Shown: positions 1-10,248, counted from the stretch's first letter. The stretch: DNA of 64,000 nt from Candidatus Poribacteria bacterium (GCA_965222805.1 CBDCUX010000005.1:3108770-3172769), one strand, 5' to 3'. Notes: generated from the sequence alone by a model not told the origin. Made by a program: numbers and translations.

Positions 1-171
1 TTCAATTTCATCTGGGGCGTAATCTGAAACTGAATTCCCATTATCAACTTGTCCCATCCGCTCAATTGCGTCGCCATTATAGAGCATCGCTTCGGTGAGT
101 GAAGTCTTGCCTGTGCTCGAATGCCCAATAATACCGATATTCCGAATCTGTTCCGTCTGATATTCCTTCAT
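1..171 (-). CDS. Translation elongation factor G-like GTPase, N-terminal part only (gene continues past window start)
   Basis: Minus-strand translation from the ATG at 171..169 gives MKEYQTEQIRNIGIIGHSSTGKTSLTEAMLY...GNSVSDYAPDEIE. This matches the EF-G/EF-G2 G1 region (GHxxxGKT). An AGGAG RBS lies 8 nt upstream. Confidence 0.6.
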   Translation of the reverse strand, partial: MKEYQTEQIRNIGIIGHSSTGKTSLTEAMLYNGDAIERMGQVDNGNSVSDYAPDEIE

Positions 172-742
172 CAAAAAGCTCCTTACGGTGTCAGTTCAAC
201 CAAAAACATCGCAGAAATATGCCATCAAGCAGGTCTGTAAAGTTTTTGTTTGTACGAGTTGAATCTGATGTCACTGCTACTCGCTTCCTCTAGAGGTCCT
301 TTCGCGTCGTTTACCTTTGACCCCTTCAGGGGAGCTAAGGACGAACACCTCACACACCCGAATCAAGCAGAGGGATTGGCAGTTACCTTCAAACTTTCCA
401 AAATCTCCTCGATTGAGAAAGAGAGTAACCCATTAAGGTGTTACCTACTAAATTGCGACCTGCTGTGGAAATTGCTAAAACGTTGGTGATTGTAGCACAG
501 CCCTATACGAAATGCAAGCAAAAAGAATTCGATCAATTTTTCCCTTTACAACATCACCAACTTTGCTCTATACTTGTGCGAGTATACGACGGCGTAAACT
601 CCTGATACTCCTACTGATAGAGGTCTGGAATTCTCAAGATGTCGGAGGTATTGGATGAGTATTGAGGGAGGCTGGGAGGGGGCAAAAACTTCTGCCGTGC
701 GGTACGAGACAATTTTGATGTTCCATTAAATTGGAGTCCTAC

Positions 743-883
743 ATGAAAGGCATCTTCAGCGTTCTAATCTGTTTACTCTTTCCCATCGCTTGGGGGGCAC
801 TCATTAACTGGATCTTTACCTTTCTCGAACGTCGTACGGGCCGTTCAACTCCCCCCAACCCTAGAATTGATTATCACATTTGA
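743..883 (+). CDS. Possible small hydrophobic protein (46 aa) upstream of TauE gene
   Basis: ATG preceded by GGAG. The product MKGIFSVLICLLFPIAWGALINWIFTFLERR... is a single TM-like helix. It is below the ORF-track size cutoff, so this is speculative. Confidence 0.2.
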   Translation: MKGIFSVLICLLFPIAWGALINWIFTFLERRTGRSTPPNPRIDYHI

Positions 884-897
884 ATCCACCGCGCTAG

Positions 898-1800
898 ATG
901 AACATCGATATCAGTGGCATACCTGTTAATATTTTGGGATTGATTAGTTTAGGGTGTATCAGCGGTTTCCTGTCGGGTTTTTTCGGGATTGGCGGGGGAC
1001 CGCTAATCACGCCGATCCTTAATATCTTATTTGGCCTTCCCTTCCCAATTTGCATCGGGAGTACGCTTTCTCGGACAGCTGGCACCTCTTTCTCTACCGC
1101 ATTGCGGTATTGGAAGTTCGGTAACATTGATGCAAAGCTGGCGTTAATGATTGTTGGGGGCAATTTTGTCGGCATTGAACTGGGGGTATATCTGCTGGAC
1201 TGGTTGGATAAGCTTGGAGAGATTAGTGTTGGAAAGCAATCAATTCCAGCACTTCAGTTTTACTTGCAATGGGTCTTCTTCGGGGTGCTTATTACGGTTT
1301 CAGGGTTGATTTTGATAGAATCGCTGATCCACAGAGGGAAAAGCGATCACAAACAGCCATTCGGCTTACTTCGAGGGCTCCCCGTCCCACCTTATGTTTC
1401 CTTTCCTATCAGCGACGTTCGCCAAATCTCACTCCCGGCGGTCGTTTACTCAGCACTCTTTATCGGGGTTTTCACAGGATTGCTCGGGATTGGCGGCGGC
1501 ATCCTCTTTGTGCCGTTGCTGATCTATGGGTATGGCGTCGAGACGCATGCGGCAGTTGGCACGGCTTCGCTTATCGTGTTTTTTTCTGCTGTTTATGGGA
1601 CTGTTACTCATGCAATGCGGGGTAACGTTGATTTATGGCTGGTTGTGTTTTTGCTGATTGGATCTACAATCTGTGCACAGGTAGGGGTAATTGCGAATCA
1701 GAGGATACAGGGCGATTCAATCCGCTTCTGTTTTGCGTTTATCGTTTTGATTGTGGCGGGGATGATTGGCTTCAATCTTCTACGCGCGATCTACGGATAG
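898..1800 (+). CDS. TauE/SafE (DUF81) family sulfite/anion exporter, membrane protein
   Basis: 300-aa polytopic protein with two internal-repeat halves, each carrying the family-typical GxGGG motif (FFGIGGGPLITP and LLGIGGGILFVP). Confidence 0.7.
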   Translation: MNIDISGIPVNILGLISLGCISGFLSGFFGIGGGPLITPILNILFGLPFPICIGSTLSRTAGTSFSTALRYWKFGNIDAKLALMIVGGNFVGIELGVYLLDWLDKLGEISVGKQSIPALQFYLQWVFFGVLITVSGLILIESLIHRGKSDHKQPFGLLRGLPVPPYVSFPISDVRQISLPAVVYSALFIGVFTGLLGIGGGILFVPLLIYGYGVETHAAVGTASLIVFFSAVYGTVTHAMRGNVDLWLVVFLLIGSTICAQVGVIANQRIQGDSIRFCFAFIVLIVAGMIGFNLLRAIYG

Positions 1801-1833
1801 TTTAAATATCAACAATTGCCCTATGTTTCAATC

Positions 1834-4800
1834 CTACGAACACCCGCTCGTCGCGCCGCAATTCAAACAGCGATAACAGGTGCCGTTCCGTACCATGATT
1901 GTCCCACACTCATGACAAGGGGGTGCATCTGACTGCATCGCTGCGACGCGTTTTTCGCGTGCCTCTAGTCGCTGAGCGTTCTCCTCCTGATTGAGGTCAT
2001 CACCATAAGGGTGCAGCTGCTGTGGGTCGACAAGCCGATCACCGAGGTTTCCGTCTCCCTCGGCAAGCACTTCGCTTTGAGGCAGGAATTTCAGTCCAAT
2101 CCACCGGAATACATAGTCAATGATTGACTTGGCTATCGGGATATCCTTATTGTTGGTGAATCCTTCAGGCTCAAACCGGACATGGCTGAACTTACTGACC
2201 AGCGACTCCAGCGGAACACCATATTGTAAGGAGATAGAGGTCATCGTCGCGATAGTATCCATCAATCCAGAGATGACTGAACCTTCCTTCGACATTTTGA
2301 GAAACACTTCGCCGGGGCTGCCATCTTCGTAAAATCCAACGGTGATGTAGCCTTCATGGCCCGCAATGCTGAATTTATGGGTAATTGAAGAGCGTTCGTT
2401 GGGCAGACGACGGCGGATTGGTCGTGCTTCCGGTTCCTCCTCTTCTGCTTCTGCTCTCGTCGTGCTGAGAGGTTGCGACAGTTTGGATCCATCCCGATAG
2501 AGCGCCACTGCCTTCAACCCCAGTTTCCACGCCTCAACATAAAGGTTCTCGACCTCTTCAACCGTTGTTTCGTGCGGCATGTTGATGGTTTTGGATATCG
2601 ATCCACTCAGAAATGGCTGTGTCGCGGCGACCATGCGAACATGTGCCATCGGCTCAATGTAACGCTGACCATAATTCCCGCATTTATTGGCACAATCAAA
2701 GATGGGCAGGTGTTCAGCTTTCAGATGCGGTGCACCTTCGATGGTCATCATACCACAAATTACCTTGCTTGCTTCTTCAATTTGCTGCTGCGTAAATCCC
2801 AATTCACTTAAGAAATCAAAATTTGGCGCGTTATATTGCTCCGGACCAAATCCGAGACGCGCCATCCCTTCCTCTCCAACGGTGTAGGCATTAAACGCAT
2901 GCGTCAACTCAAAGACAGAGGGTAACGTCGCTTCAATTTGCCCGATTTCCTCGTCAGTCAAACCCTTCTGTTTAAGTGAGACATTATTGATATGTGACGA
3001 ACCGATTAGCGAGGAAGTACCTTGCACATAGGTCACAATATCATCAATCTCTTCATCCGTATAACTGAGCTTTTTCAATGCCCGTGGCACCGATTGGTTG
3101 ATAATTTTAAAGTAACCGCCTCCTGCCAACTTCTTGAATTTCACGAGCGCGAATTCAGGTTCAACGCCGGTCGTATCGCATTCCATTAGCAGCCCTATGG
3201 TACCGGTAGGTGCTAGCACTGTCGCTTGTGCATTCCGATAGCCATACTGCCTCCCCATCTCAACCGCGTCATCCCACGTTTGTTGTGCGGCCTTCAAAAG
3301 GTGAGGCGGGCAAACATCCGGGCTAATGCGATAGGCTGCGTCACGATGTTTACTCATCACATGCAGCATCGACTCACGGTTCTTATTGAAACTGGGGAAG
3401 GGACCTTTGACCGCAGCCATTTCAGCGGATGTTCTATAAGCCTCACCACAGAGAATTGCGGTGAGTGCACCGGCGATGGCATATCCCTCTTCGCTATCAT
3501 AGGGGATACTGTTGACCATCAACAGGGTTCCCAGATTGGCATATCCCAATCCGAGTGGTCGATAGTCGTGGCTATTTTGAGCAATTGAGGCGGTTGGATA
3601 GGAGGAGAAATCCACAAGGATTTCCTGACTGATGAAGAAGATTCGGCAGGCATGCTTGAACCCTTCGACATCAAAGTTTCCATCTTCATCGACGAATTTG
3701 AGTAGATTGATAGAAGCGAGATTACATGCGGAGTCATCAAGGAACATATATTCTGAACATGGATTACTGCTATAAATTCGATCGGTATTAGCGCAAGTAT
3801 GCCAGTCGTTGATTATCGTGTCAAACTGCACCCCCGGATCCGCACAAGCCCAAGCAGCTTCGGAGATTTGACGCATGAGATCTTTGGCTTCAAATGTTTC
3901 GCAGATTTCGCCCGTTGTACGAAACGTCGTATGCCATTTTTCACCGCGTAGATAGGCATTCATGAATTCGTCCGTGATCCGGATAGAGTTATTTGAGTTT
4001 TGCCCTGAAACGGTCTTATACGCTTCCCCATTGAAATCAGAGGGATAACCAGCGGAGACGAGTGCCGCCACCTTCTTTTCCTCGTTTACCTTCCAATTGA
4101 TGAAATCAACGATTTCCGGGTGATCCATATCGAGGCATACCATCTTTGCAGCGCGTCTGGTAGTCCCTCCAGATTTGGTCGCCCCTGCTCCACGGTCAAA
4201 AACCTCAAGAAAAGACATCAGTCCACTGCTCGTACCACCACCGGAGAGTTTTTCCTGCCGTCCTCGAATTTTGAAAAAGTTCGTTCCAGTTCCCGAACCG
4301 TACTTAAAGACACGCGCCTCATTTTTGATCAACTCGAAAATCGACATTAGGTCATCGTCAACAGATTGTATGAAGCATGCGCTGCATTGTGGATGGTCGT
4401 AGTTATTTTCAGTCTGGGCCGCACTGTTTTTTTCAAAATCCCAATACCAATTGCCTGTCCCACCTGTAATTCCATATTGATGATATAGTCCACAATTAAA
4501 CCAGACTGGCGAATTGAATGCGCCGCGTTGCGTGACCAGCAGATCTGTCAACTCCATCTCAAAGGCATCAGCGTCCTCCGGTGTGGCAAAGTAACCGCCA
4601 AAGGCTTCGCCGGCATCGCGGATGGTATGAGCGACACGTTGGATGAGTTGACGAACACTTGTTTCGCTCTCCATTTCAGGCACGCCCGCTTTACGGAAAT
4701 ATTTGGACACCGCAATATCCGCTGCCAATTGGGACCAGTTCGATGGGACCTCAACCTCGTTTTTCTCGAAGATAGCCTCGCCTTTTTCGTTATAGATTAC

Positions 4801-4989
4801 CGAGCTTCGAGATTCCCACTCAATTGTATCGAATGGATGCACATCGGGCGTGGTATATCGTCGATCGATTTCCAAGCCCCGTTTCTGTGCAGTTTCTTCA
4901 AGAGAAGAGGGTTTGATGTCAGCAGTTTCATCCGATGGTGCCACGGCCATCGAATCCTGATTAACACCAAAATCGTTGGTTTGGGACAT
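1834..4989 (-). CDS. nrdJ: Class II (adenosylcobalamin-dependent) ribonucleotide reductase NrdJ
   Basis: ~1050-aa monomeric RNR with active-site Cys motifs (NPCSEYMF, ACNLASINL) and a C-terminal zinc-ribbon (CHECGTIMVRNGTCYRCLNCG). The true start is likely the ATG at 4989 (MSQTNDF) with an AAAGGA RBS; the first M in the ORF track is a TTG. Confidence 0.85.
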   Translation of the reverse strand: MSQTNDFGVNQDSMAVAPSDETADIKPSSLEETAQKRGLEIDRRYTTPDVHPFDTIEWESRSSVIYNEKGEAIFEKNEVEVPSNWSQLAADIAVSKYFRKAGVPEMESETSVRQLIQRVAHTIRDAGEAFGGYFATPEDADAFEMELTDLLVTQRGAFNSPVWFNCGLYHQYGITGGTGNWYWDFEKNSAAQTENNYDHPQCSACFIQSVDDDLMSIFELIKNEARVFKYGSGTGTNFFKIRGRQEKLSGGGTSSGLMSFLEVFDRGAGATKSGGTTRRAAKMVCLDMDHPEIVDFINWKVNEEKKVAALVSAGYPSDFNGEAYKTVSGQNSNNSIRITDEFMNAYLRGEKWHTTFRTTGEICETFEAKDLMRQISEAAWACADPGVQFDTIINDWHTCANTDRIYSSNPCSEYMFLDDSACNLASINLLKFVDEDGNFDVEGFKHACRIFFISQEILVDFSSYPTASIAQNSHDYRPLGLGYANLGTLLMVNSIPYDSEEGYAIAGALTAILCGEAYRTSAEMAAVKGPFPSFNKNRESMLHVMSKHRDAAYRISPDVCPPHLLKAAQQTWDDAVEMGRQYGYRNAQATVLAPTGTIGLLMECDTTGVEPEFALVKFKKLAGGGYFKIINQSVPRALKKLSYTDEEIDDIVTYVQGTSSLIGSSHINNVSLKQKGLTDEEIGQIEATLPSVFELTHAFNAYTVGEEGMARLGFGPEQYNAPNFDFLSELGFTQQQIEEASKVICGMMTIEGAPHLKAEHLPIFDCANKCGNYGQRYIEPMAHVRMVAATQPFLSGSISKTINMPHETTVEEVENLYVEAWKLGLKAVALYRDGSKLSQPLSTTRAEAEEEEPEARPIRRRLPNERSSITHKFSIAGHEGYITVGFYEDGSPGEVFLKMSKEGSVISGLMDTIATMTSISLQYGVPLESLVSKFSHVRFEPEGFTNNKDIPIAKSIIDYVFRWIGLKFLPQSEVLAEGDGNLGDRLVDPQQLHPYGDDLNQEENAQRLEAREKRVAAMQSDAPPCHECGTIMVRNGTCYRCLNCGATSGCS

Positions 4990-5119
4990 GTTGATTCCTT
5001 TCAATTATAATTGCTATAAACAGACTGGCAGATTTAGCGACTCATCTGTAATTCGTTTGTAATTTGTTTAATAATACCCCATGATTCAACGCTCTTCTTG
5101 AATTAGAGGTTTCATTAAT

Positions 5120-5575
5120 CTAATCCTCAGGTTCCAACTGACGGAGCTCGTTTTCAAAATCTGCCGCATCCTTGAAATCACGGTAAACAGAAGCAAACCG
5201 AATATATGCAACACTATCCAAATTTTTGAGAGAGTCCATAACAATTTCACCAATGATATGACTCTCAACCTCGGATCTGTGCATGCTGATAAGTTGTTGT
5301 TCGACATCCCCAATCAGGCGATCAACGGTTTCCTGACTAATCGAGCGTTTTTCACACGCCTTCATGATATTGCGTTTTAGTTTTTGCCGATCGAAAGCCT
5401 CGCGGCGCTGGTCTTTCTTAAGAATAAAAAGATCTAAAACTTCAGCTCGCTCATACGTTGTAAACCGCTTTGAGCAGTGGAGACACGCTCGGCGTCTACG
5501 GATGGCAGTTCCTCCATCGGTATCACGTTTGTCGATGACTCTTATGCTTGAACCGTTGCAGTATGGACATTTCAT
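5120..5575 (-). CDS. nrdR: Transcriptional repressor NrdR (zinc ribbon + ATP-cone)
   Basis: MKCPYCNGSSIRVIDKRDTDGGTAIRRRRACLHCSKRFTTYERAE... shows the canonical NrdR zinc-ribbon and ATP-cone. It lies immediately upstream of nrdJ on the same strand. Confidence 0.9.
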   Translation of the reverse strand: MKCPYCNGSSIRVIDKRDTDGGTAIRRRRACLHCSKRFTTYERAEVLDLFILKKDQRREAFDRQKLKRNIMKACEKRSISQETVDRLIGDVEQQLISMHRSEVESHIIGEIVMDSLKNLDSVAYIRFASVYRDFKDAADFENELRQLEPED

Positions 5576-5577
5576 AG

Positions 5578-5626
5578 AGCACCAATATGTTGTGTATAAT
5601 TTCTTTTACCATACAATATGTGCGAT
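5578..5626 (-). promoter_or_regulatory. Two candidate NrdR boxes (AT-rich 15-16 nt palindromes) directly upstream of the nrdR start
   Basis: The sequences caccaatatgttgtg (5580..5594) and accatacaatatgtgcg (5608..5624) resemble the NrdR-box consensus acaCwAtATaTwGtgt. Box 1 abuts the nrdR start codon. Confidence 0.4.
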
Positions 5627-6047
5627 AGGGGCTAATATAATAAACGATTATTATTAATCTGTCAATAGTTTTTTAACATAATTTTACCAGTTTTTTTTGA
5701 AAATTAGCAGCCGAGCTTCAAACGGATAATTCTTGCCGAACTTTGCGAAGATGTGGCACAATAAGGCGACCAATAAAACTTGCCTTGAATTGGCAAATAC
5801 GACGGCTTGAGTTTTTAACAGCAAGGAACAACGATCGTTGTTCCCTACAGTTTCTGTTACACGATTTCTGAACATAAACCTTAGTCTGGATCTGCCAATC
5901 CAAGTGGTGCGGGTGCGAGCAGTATAGAAATTGAGAGAATAAGAAGCGTAGATTTTCGTGTTCTCGATGTCATTCGATGAAAATCACTAAACAAAGGGAA
6001 GTTTGAGTCGTCGAAAGCGCACCAACATACATTGGAAAGAGCTATCT

Positions 6048-7406
6048 ATGAAGAAATCGAGGTATGACCTAACCCAAGGGAGCATTTTCAAGAACCTTAT
6101 ACACCTTGCCTGGCCAATTGCTCTCAGCAATATTCTGCAGGATTCTTTCAGTGTGGTAGATATGATTTTTGTCGGAAAGCTGGGAGCTGAAGCGATTTCC
6201 GCCGTTGATATGAGCTCGAATCTTCAGCGGTTGATTAGTGTACTTTCACTTGGCGTCTCAATGGGAACGGTTGTCCTGGTTTCTCAATCGATCGGTGCAA
6301 AACAGCAAGAACAAGGGGAGAATATTGCAATGCAGGCGCTCATTTTGAGCGTTGTATGCCCCCTTGCGATTGCGTGTATAGGCTTCCCACTCGCTGAAAT
6401 TGGACTGCGGTTACTCGGAGCAGAGGAAGAGGTGGTAAGATTAGGTGTACCTTACTTGCGCATCACACTGCTTGGTGGTATCATGATGTTCATGTCGATG
6501 ACGTTAGGTTCCATTTTCAGAGCGAGTGGGGATTCAATGACACCGATGGTCGTTATGATTGTTTCAACGGTCTTAAACATCGTCCTGGATCCTTTGCTGA
6601 TATTTGGCATTTGGAAGTTCCCGCGTCTAGGTGTTGCGGGATCCGCGTATGCAAGTGTGATCGGCAGGAGCGCTGGGGTTGTGATTTTCCTCTACCTCTG
6701 TTTCATCGGACGCAGTATCATCTCGTTGAAGCACGTTAAGCGGCGTATCGACCTATCAGTAATGGGTCAAATTTTGCGTCTCGGAATTTTTAGTTCGATG
6801 CAGGGATTTCTGAGACACGCCTCCCGGTTGGGATTCATTCGAGTTGTGGCGATTTATGGAACGAACGCCGTGGCTGCCTACGCCATCTGTATGCGTCTCC
6901 GTATCCTCGTGATGCACTTGGGTTTCGGATTCGCAAACGCAGTCGCGCCGATGGTGGGACAGAATATAGGGGCAGGTCAAATCGACAGGGCAGAGAAAGC
7001 TGCCAATCTTGCCGGTGGATTGGCAACGGTGCTTATGGCTGTGCTCGGCAGCTTATTATTTTTCTTTCCCCATTTGTTCATCAGTATATTTACCGGACAA
7101 ACGGAAGTTATCACTACCGGGGCAGTTTACCTCCGTTACTTATCAGCTACTTTTGCATTTATCGCAATTTCTATCGTATTTGGTCGTGCGCTCAACGGTG
7201 CAGGGGACACCGTTTCCCCGATGGTGATGACATTCATCTGTCAACTCGGTATTGGATTGTTGCTGGTGATCTCGCTTTCCTATTTAGTAGGAATTAAGGG
7301 AGTCTGGATTGGCATCGCATTATCAAATGTTGTACAAGGCGTGTTGATGTGGTTGTGGTTTAGACGAGGAACATGGAAGACCAAAAAGCTGGTGGGTAAG
7401 AAATGA
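6048..7406 (+). CDS. MATE family multidrug/oligosaccharidyl-lipid efflux transporter
   Basis: 12-TM protein with two-fold internal repeat and MATE-like N-terminus (MKKSRYDLTQGSIFKNLIHLAWPIALSNILQ). Start taken at the ATG at 6048; the upstream M in the ORF track is a TTG. Confidence 0.8.
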   Translation: MKKSRYDLTQGSIFKNLIHLAWPIALSNILQDSFSVVDMIFVGKLGAEAISAVDMSSNLQRLISVLSLGVSMGTVVLVSQSIGAKQQEQGENIAMQALILSVVCPLAIACIGFPLAEIGLRLLGAEEEVVRLGVPYLRITLLGGIMMFMSMTLGSIFRASGDSMTPMVVMIVSTVLNIVLDPLLIFGIWKFPRLGVAGSAYASVIGRSAGVVIFLYLCFIGRSIISLKHVKRRIDLSVMGQILRLGIFSSMQGFLRHASRLGFIRVVAIYGTNAVAAYAICMRLRILVMHLGFGFANAVAPMVGQNIGAGQIDRAEKAANLAGGLATVLMAVLGSLLFFFPHLFISIFTGQTEVITTGAVYLRYLSATFAFIAISIVFGRALNGAGDTVSPMVMTFICQLGIGLLLVISLSYLVGIKGVWIGIALSNVVQGVLMWLWFRRGTWKTKKLVGKK

Positions 7407-7461
7407 TGTTAGCAGTGCCTTAATGGATTCAGGCAGTAAGCGCTTACAGGCGGACAGCATA

Positions 7462-7929
7462 CTAGCCCTGCCAGATTTCAAATATTTGTATAACTTCGTT
7501 CGCAAGAAGCTGCTGTGCAATCATCTCAAGTTTGGCTTGATTTAGGGATCCGTGTATCCGGTACTTCTGCCCTGTTTGTGCGGCTTGGATATCTAGAATT
7601 CCCATATCGCGCACCCCCTTGAGAACACTATCACCAACGGCATCTGTTACCCCTGGTTTCAACCGCACCTCGATGGTCCATACGGAATGTCTTAGGTTAT
7701 GATTGTCAGAATGGTTATAGACATAATTCTGTGTCACCGGATCAGCAAGGAGTTCCGCACACACACGCTCGATTGCATCTGAATTAATATCGCCTTCGAT
7801 CCAATAGATTTGAACGGTGTGCACGGATTCCACACCGGCAAGCCCGAGATCGGCGATATCTTGAAGGATACCCTGTCCGATAGCATCCGGCGTTTCGGGT
7901 TTGTAACTAACTTCAATTTTCCATTTCAA
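7462..7929 (-). CDS. purS: Tandem PurS-PurS fusion (phosphoribosylformylglycinamidine synthase PurS subunit, duplicated)
   Basis: 155 aa made of two ~75-aa halves, each PurS-like (KWKIEVSYKPETPDAIGQGILQ... and WTIEVRLKPGVTDAVGDSVLKG...). TTG start with an AGGAAA RBS. Confidence 0.55.
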   Translation of the reverse strand: MKWKIEVSYKPETPDAIGQGILQDIADLGLAGVESVHTVQIYWIEGDINSDAIERVCAELLADPVTQNYVYNHSDNHNLRHSVWTIEVRLKPGVTDAVGDSVLKGVRDMGILDIQAAQTGQKYRIHGSLNQAKLEMIAQQLLANEVIQIFEIWQG

Positions 7930-7976
7930 TTTTCGATTTTCCTATCGTGATTTCAATAAACTATAAGGACTAAAAC

Positions 7977-8240
7977 GTGCCAACGGAAGAAGCCAGTGCC
8001 CGAACGCTGTTGGTTATTGTCAGCGTCATCGGAATTATTTTTACAATTGTAATGATCATCCTTTTCTTCAACGCAGCCCCTGCCCGTTCCGACATTCCAG
8101 ATCACCAGACTTACACAGATCCAGCGGCTTGTCTAAAGTGTCATCTTCGTGGAACAGAGGAATCGCCAACCATGCCACATCTCAACGTCGGTAACTGCCA
8201 TATCTGCCACGGGGTGGCGCAGGAAAAAGAGTCGAAATAA
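7977..8240 (+). CDS. Small membrane-anchored diheme c-type cytochrome
   Basis: N-terminal TM helix (LLVIVSVIGIIFTIVMIILFF) followed by two CxxCH motifs (CLKCH, CHICH). Confidence 0.45.
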   Translation: MPTEEASARTLLVIVSVIGIIFTIVMIILFFNAAPARSDIPDHQTYTDPAACLKCHLRGTEESPTMPHLNVGNCHICHGVAQEKESK

Positions 8241-8258
8241 CAAAACATCCTTATTTCC

Positions 8259-8783
8259 CTAGCGTCCGACCTCCCATGCTAGATGCTGCAACTCCGGTCC
8301 GATCAGTTTTTCCCACGCTAGCTGTACCGCAGCCGTTGAGCCGGGCGTCGAGATAACGATTTTCCCTTGGTACACGCCGGCGGTAGCACGCGATAACATC
8401 GCTGCCGCTCCGACTTGGTCGTAGCTAAACATTCGGAAGAGCTCACCAAAACCGGGTAGGGTTTTCTCTAAGGCTTGATCCAACACATCAAAGGTTGTAT
8501 CGCGTGGGGCGATGCCTGTGCCTCCGTTAAAAAGAATCATACGAGCGTCGCTTGCTGCAAATTCGTCCAGCACAGCTTTGACCTGATCCGGTTCATCTTT
8601 AATGATGCGATATCCCACGACCTGGTTTCCATCAGCCGCCAATTGTTCACGGAGGAATGCTGCGTTTTTATCTGTTTCCGGTGTACGTGTATCACTGACG
8701 GTAACGATTGCTACGAGCACCGGACCGTGTTCCGCAGCCATCTCCCGATGCTCCGCGGTGCTCACCGAAGTTTGTTCTGCCAT
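8259..8783 (-). CDS. Molybdenum cofactor biosynthesis protein MogA/MoaB family
   Basis: MoaB/MogA fold motifs ([12 protein letters not shown]..., GGTGIAPRD). ATG at 8783 with a GAGGAG RBS. Confidence 0.75.
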   Translation of the reverse strand: MAEQTSVSTAEHREMAAEHGPVLVAIVTVSDTRTPETDKNAAFLREQLAADGNQVVGYRIIKDEPDQVKAVLDEFAASDARMILFNGGTGIAPRDTTFDVLDQALEKTLPGFGELFRMFSYDQVGAAAMLSRATAGVYQGKIVISTPGSTAAVQLAWEKLIGPELQHLAWEVGR

Positions 8784-8877
8784 TTCTATTCTCCTCAAAA
8801 TTGGATACTGCGAAATTTATTTGAAAAATCCGATTGGTATAGGATATGCGAAACGTGATATATTGTCAAGATTAAAT

Positions 8878-9176
8878 GAGGGGTGTGCATACGTAGATAT
8901 CTTGATCATAATCGCATAATTTGAGCAGATTAATCCTAGTAGCTGTATATATACATTGCGCTCCGCTGGAGCGCGGGCATCCGCTGTATCGGCATTCTAT
9001 AGACATATCGCTCCTCTGGAGCGAAGATAGCCGTCGGGTCGTTGGGTTTTTTGGGTATTTGGTTTGCTGAAGATACGCCGGCTCGGTAGCTGCTTTGTTT
9101 GCTTATCCGTGTTTTCTGTGTAATCTGCTGAATCCGTGATTCAGACAATAATCATGCACACCCCTCAGATTAAATA
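8878..9176 (+). mobile_element. MITE-like non-autonomous element, copy A (~300 bp, 14-bp terminal inverted repeats tgaggggtgtgcat / atgcacacccctca)
   Basis: Near-identical to copy B at 12279..12577 (>95% identity). Carries internal palindromes (cgctccgctggagcg, gctcctctggagc, ctgaatccgtgattcag). No transposase is encoded. Confidence 0.6.
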
Positions 9177-9297
9177 GAAACTCGATCTGGGGTTGATGCA
9201 GTCAGCGCAATCGTGATACAATGGGCAAAACAGCTTTTGAAATTAAAAAGTGTTGAGGGCAAATTTACCAACGTCAAATTAAGACAAGGAGTATGAT

Positions 9298-10200
9298 ATG
9301 GTTCCTCTTATCAGCAACATCGGCTATGGTCTATTAGGTGCCTGCCAACTTCCACGTTTCTGGTGGAAAGTTACTCTCAGAAAAGCGGGCCTGCTCGACG
9401 CCGAATATCCCGACTGTAGCGGCGGGCTTGACACATTGATCCTCGAAGTTTTAGATTTAGATAAAGAAACGACGCTCTCCTACCTGCGAGATAACATGCC
9501 GAACTATCTCGAATTTGAGGCATGGGTTCTTCAGCAAAAGGGCGGAGCAATTGAACAAAAGGTAGTGGCAGATTGGAACGAACAGCTCCGGTCCCGCGAT
9601 CACCGTCCAGCGAAAATCGAAGAGACATATAATGACATCGGGCTTCCCGATGATGCCGGTATCACATCCGCTGTGATTTTGAACAATTTACAGGATTGGC
9701 AGCTCTTCTATGAGCGTGACTTGGACGACGATTTCACGGGAATCGGTGGTCGCGTTGTGCCACTGATTGCAAATATCGATTACGGTGCCTTGGAGGTCTG
9801 TCAGTTGCCCCGGACCTGGCTCAAAATTCTGCTGAGAGCGAAAGGTCGACTCCATCCGGACTATCCGGATATGACCGAAAATGGCTTGGACCCGCGAGTC
9901 TTACGTGTGCTCGGAATCGAGCCCGCCGATGCCGTCGCCTACATTCGTGAAAACCTCCCCAGCTACCCTCAGTTTGAGGCGTGGGTGTTAGAACAGAATG
10001 GCGGTGAAATTGACCGGGAAAAAGCTGATGAATGGAACACCTTTATCCGCAACCGTATCCATAGGGACGAGAAACGGATAGAGATTCACGCGACTGTCGG
10101 GCGCGAAGATGACGGCACACTGACCTCTGCGGTGCTCCTCAACCATATTGAGGATTGGCATCTCGCCCACGCGGATCTCATGAAGGCATTAGCGGTGTGA
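9298..10200 (+). CDS. Hypothetical protein made of two tandem ~150-aa homologous domains
   Basis: The two halves align (VPLISNIGYGLLGACQLPRFWWKV...FEAWVLQQKGGAIEQ vs VPLIANIDYGALEVCQLPRTWLKI...FEAWVLEQNGGEIDR). Good RBS (AAGGAG). Confidence 0.6.
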   Translation: MVPLISNIGYGLLGACQLPRFWWKVTLRKAGLLDAEYPDCSGGLDTLILEVLDLDKETTLSYLRDNMPNYLEFEAWVLQQKGGAIEQKVVADWNEQLRSRDHRPAKIEETYNDIGLPDDAGITSAVILNNLQDWQLFYERDLDDDFTGIGGRVVPLIANIDYGALEVCQLPRTWLKILLRAKGRLHPDYPDMTENGLDPRVLRVLGIEPADAVAYIRENLPSYPQFEAWVLEQNGGEIDREKADEWNTFIRNRIHRDEKRIEIHATVGREDDGTLTSAVLLNHIEDWHLAHADLMKALAV

Positions 10201-10248
10201 TGAAACACGCATCTGGCTGTGATGCAGGTTTTGGATCTCTGAGAGTAT

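Noticed and set aside
250-489. 79-aa ORF in the 5' intergenic region
   Set aside because: It has no RBS and a low-complexity product. It is more likely non-coding leader DNA of the EF-G-like gene.
2120-4754. Numerous 60-170 aa antisense or alternate-frame ORFs within nrdJ and other long genes
   Set aside because: They are embedded in confidently assigned long CDSs and lack homology signals.
5005-5119. Cobalamin riboswitch ahead of nrdJ
   Set aside because: The region is only ~115 nt and lacks B12-box-like conserved elements.
8936-9148. ORF-track peptides inside both MITE copies (also 12218..12550), MSESRIQQITQKTRISKQSSYRAGV...
   Set aside because: They lie wholly within the repeat, on the antisense side of its palindromes, and have no RBS or start context. 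They are artefacts of the repeated DNA.
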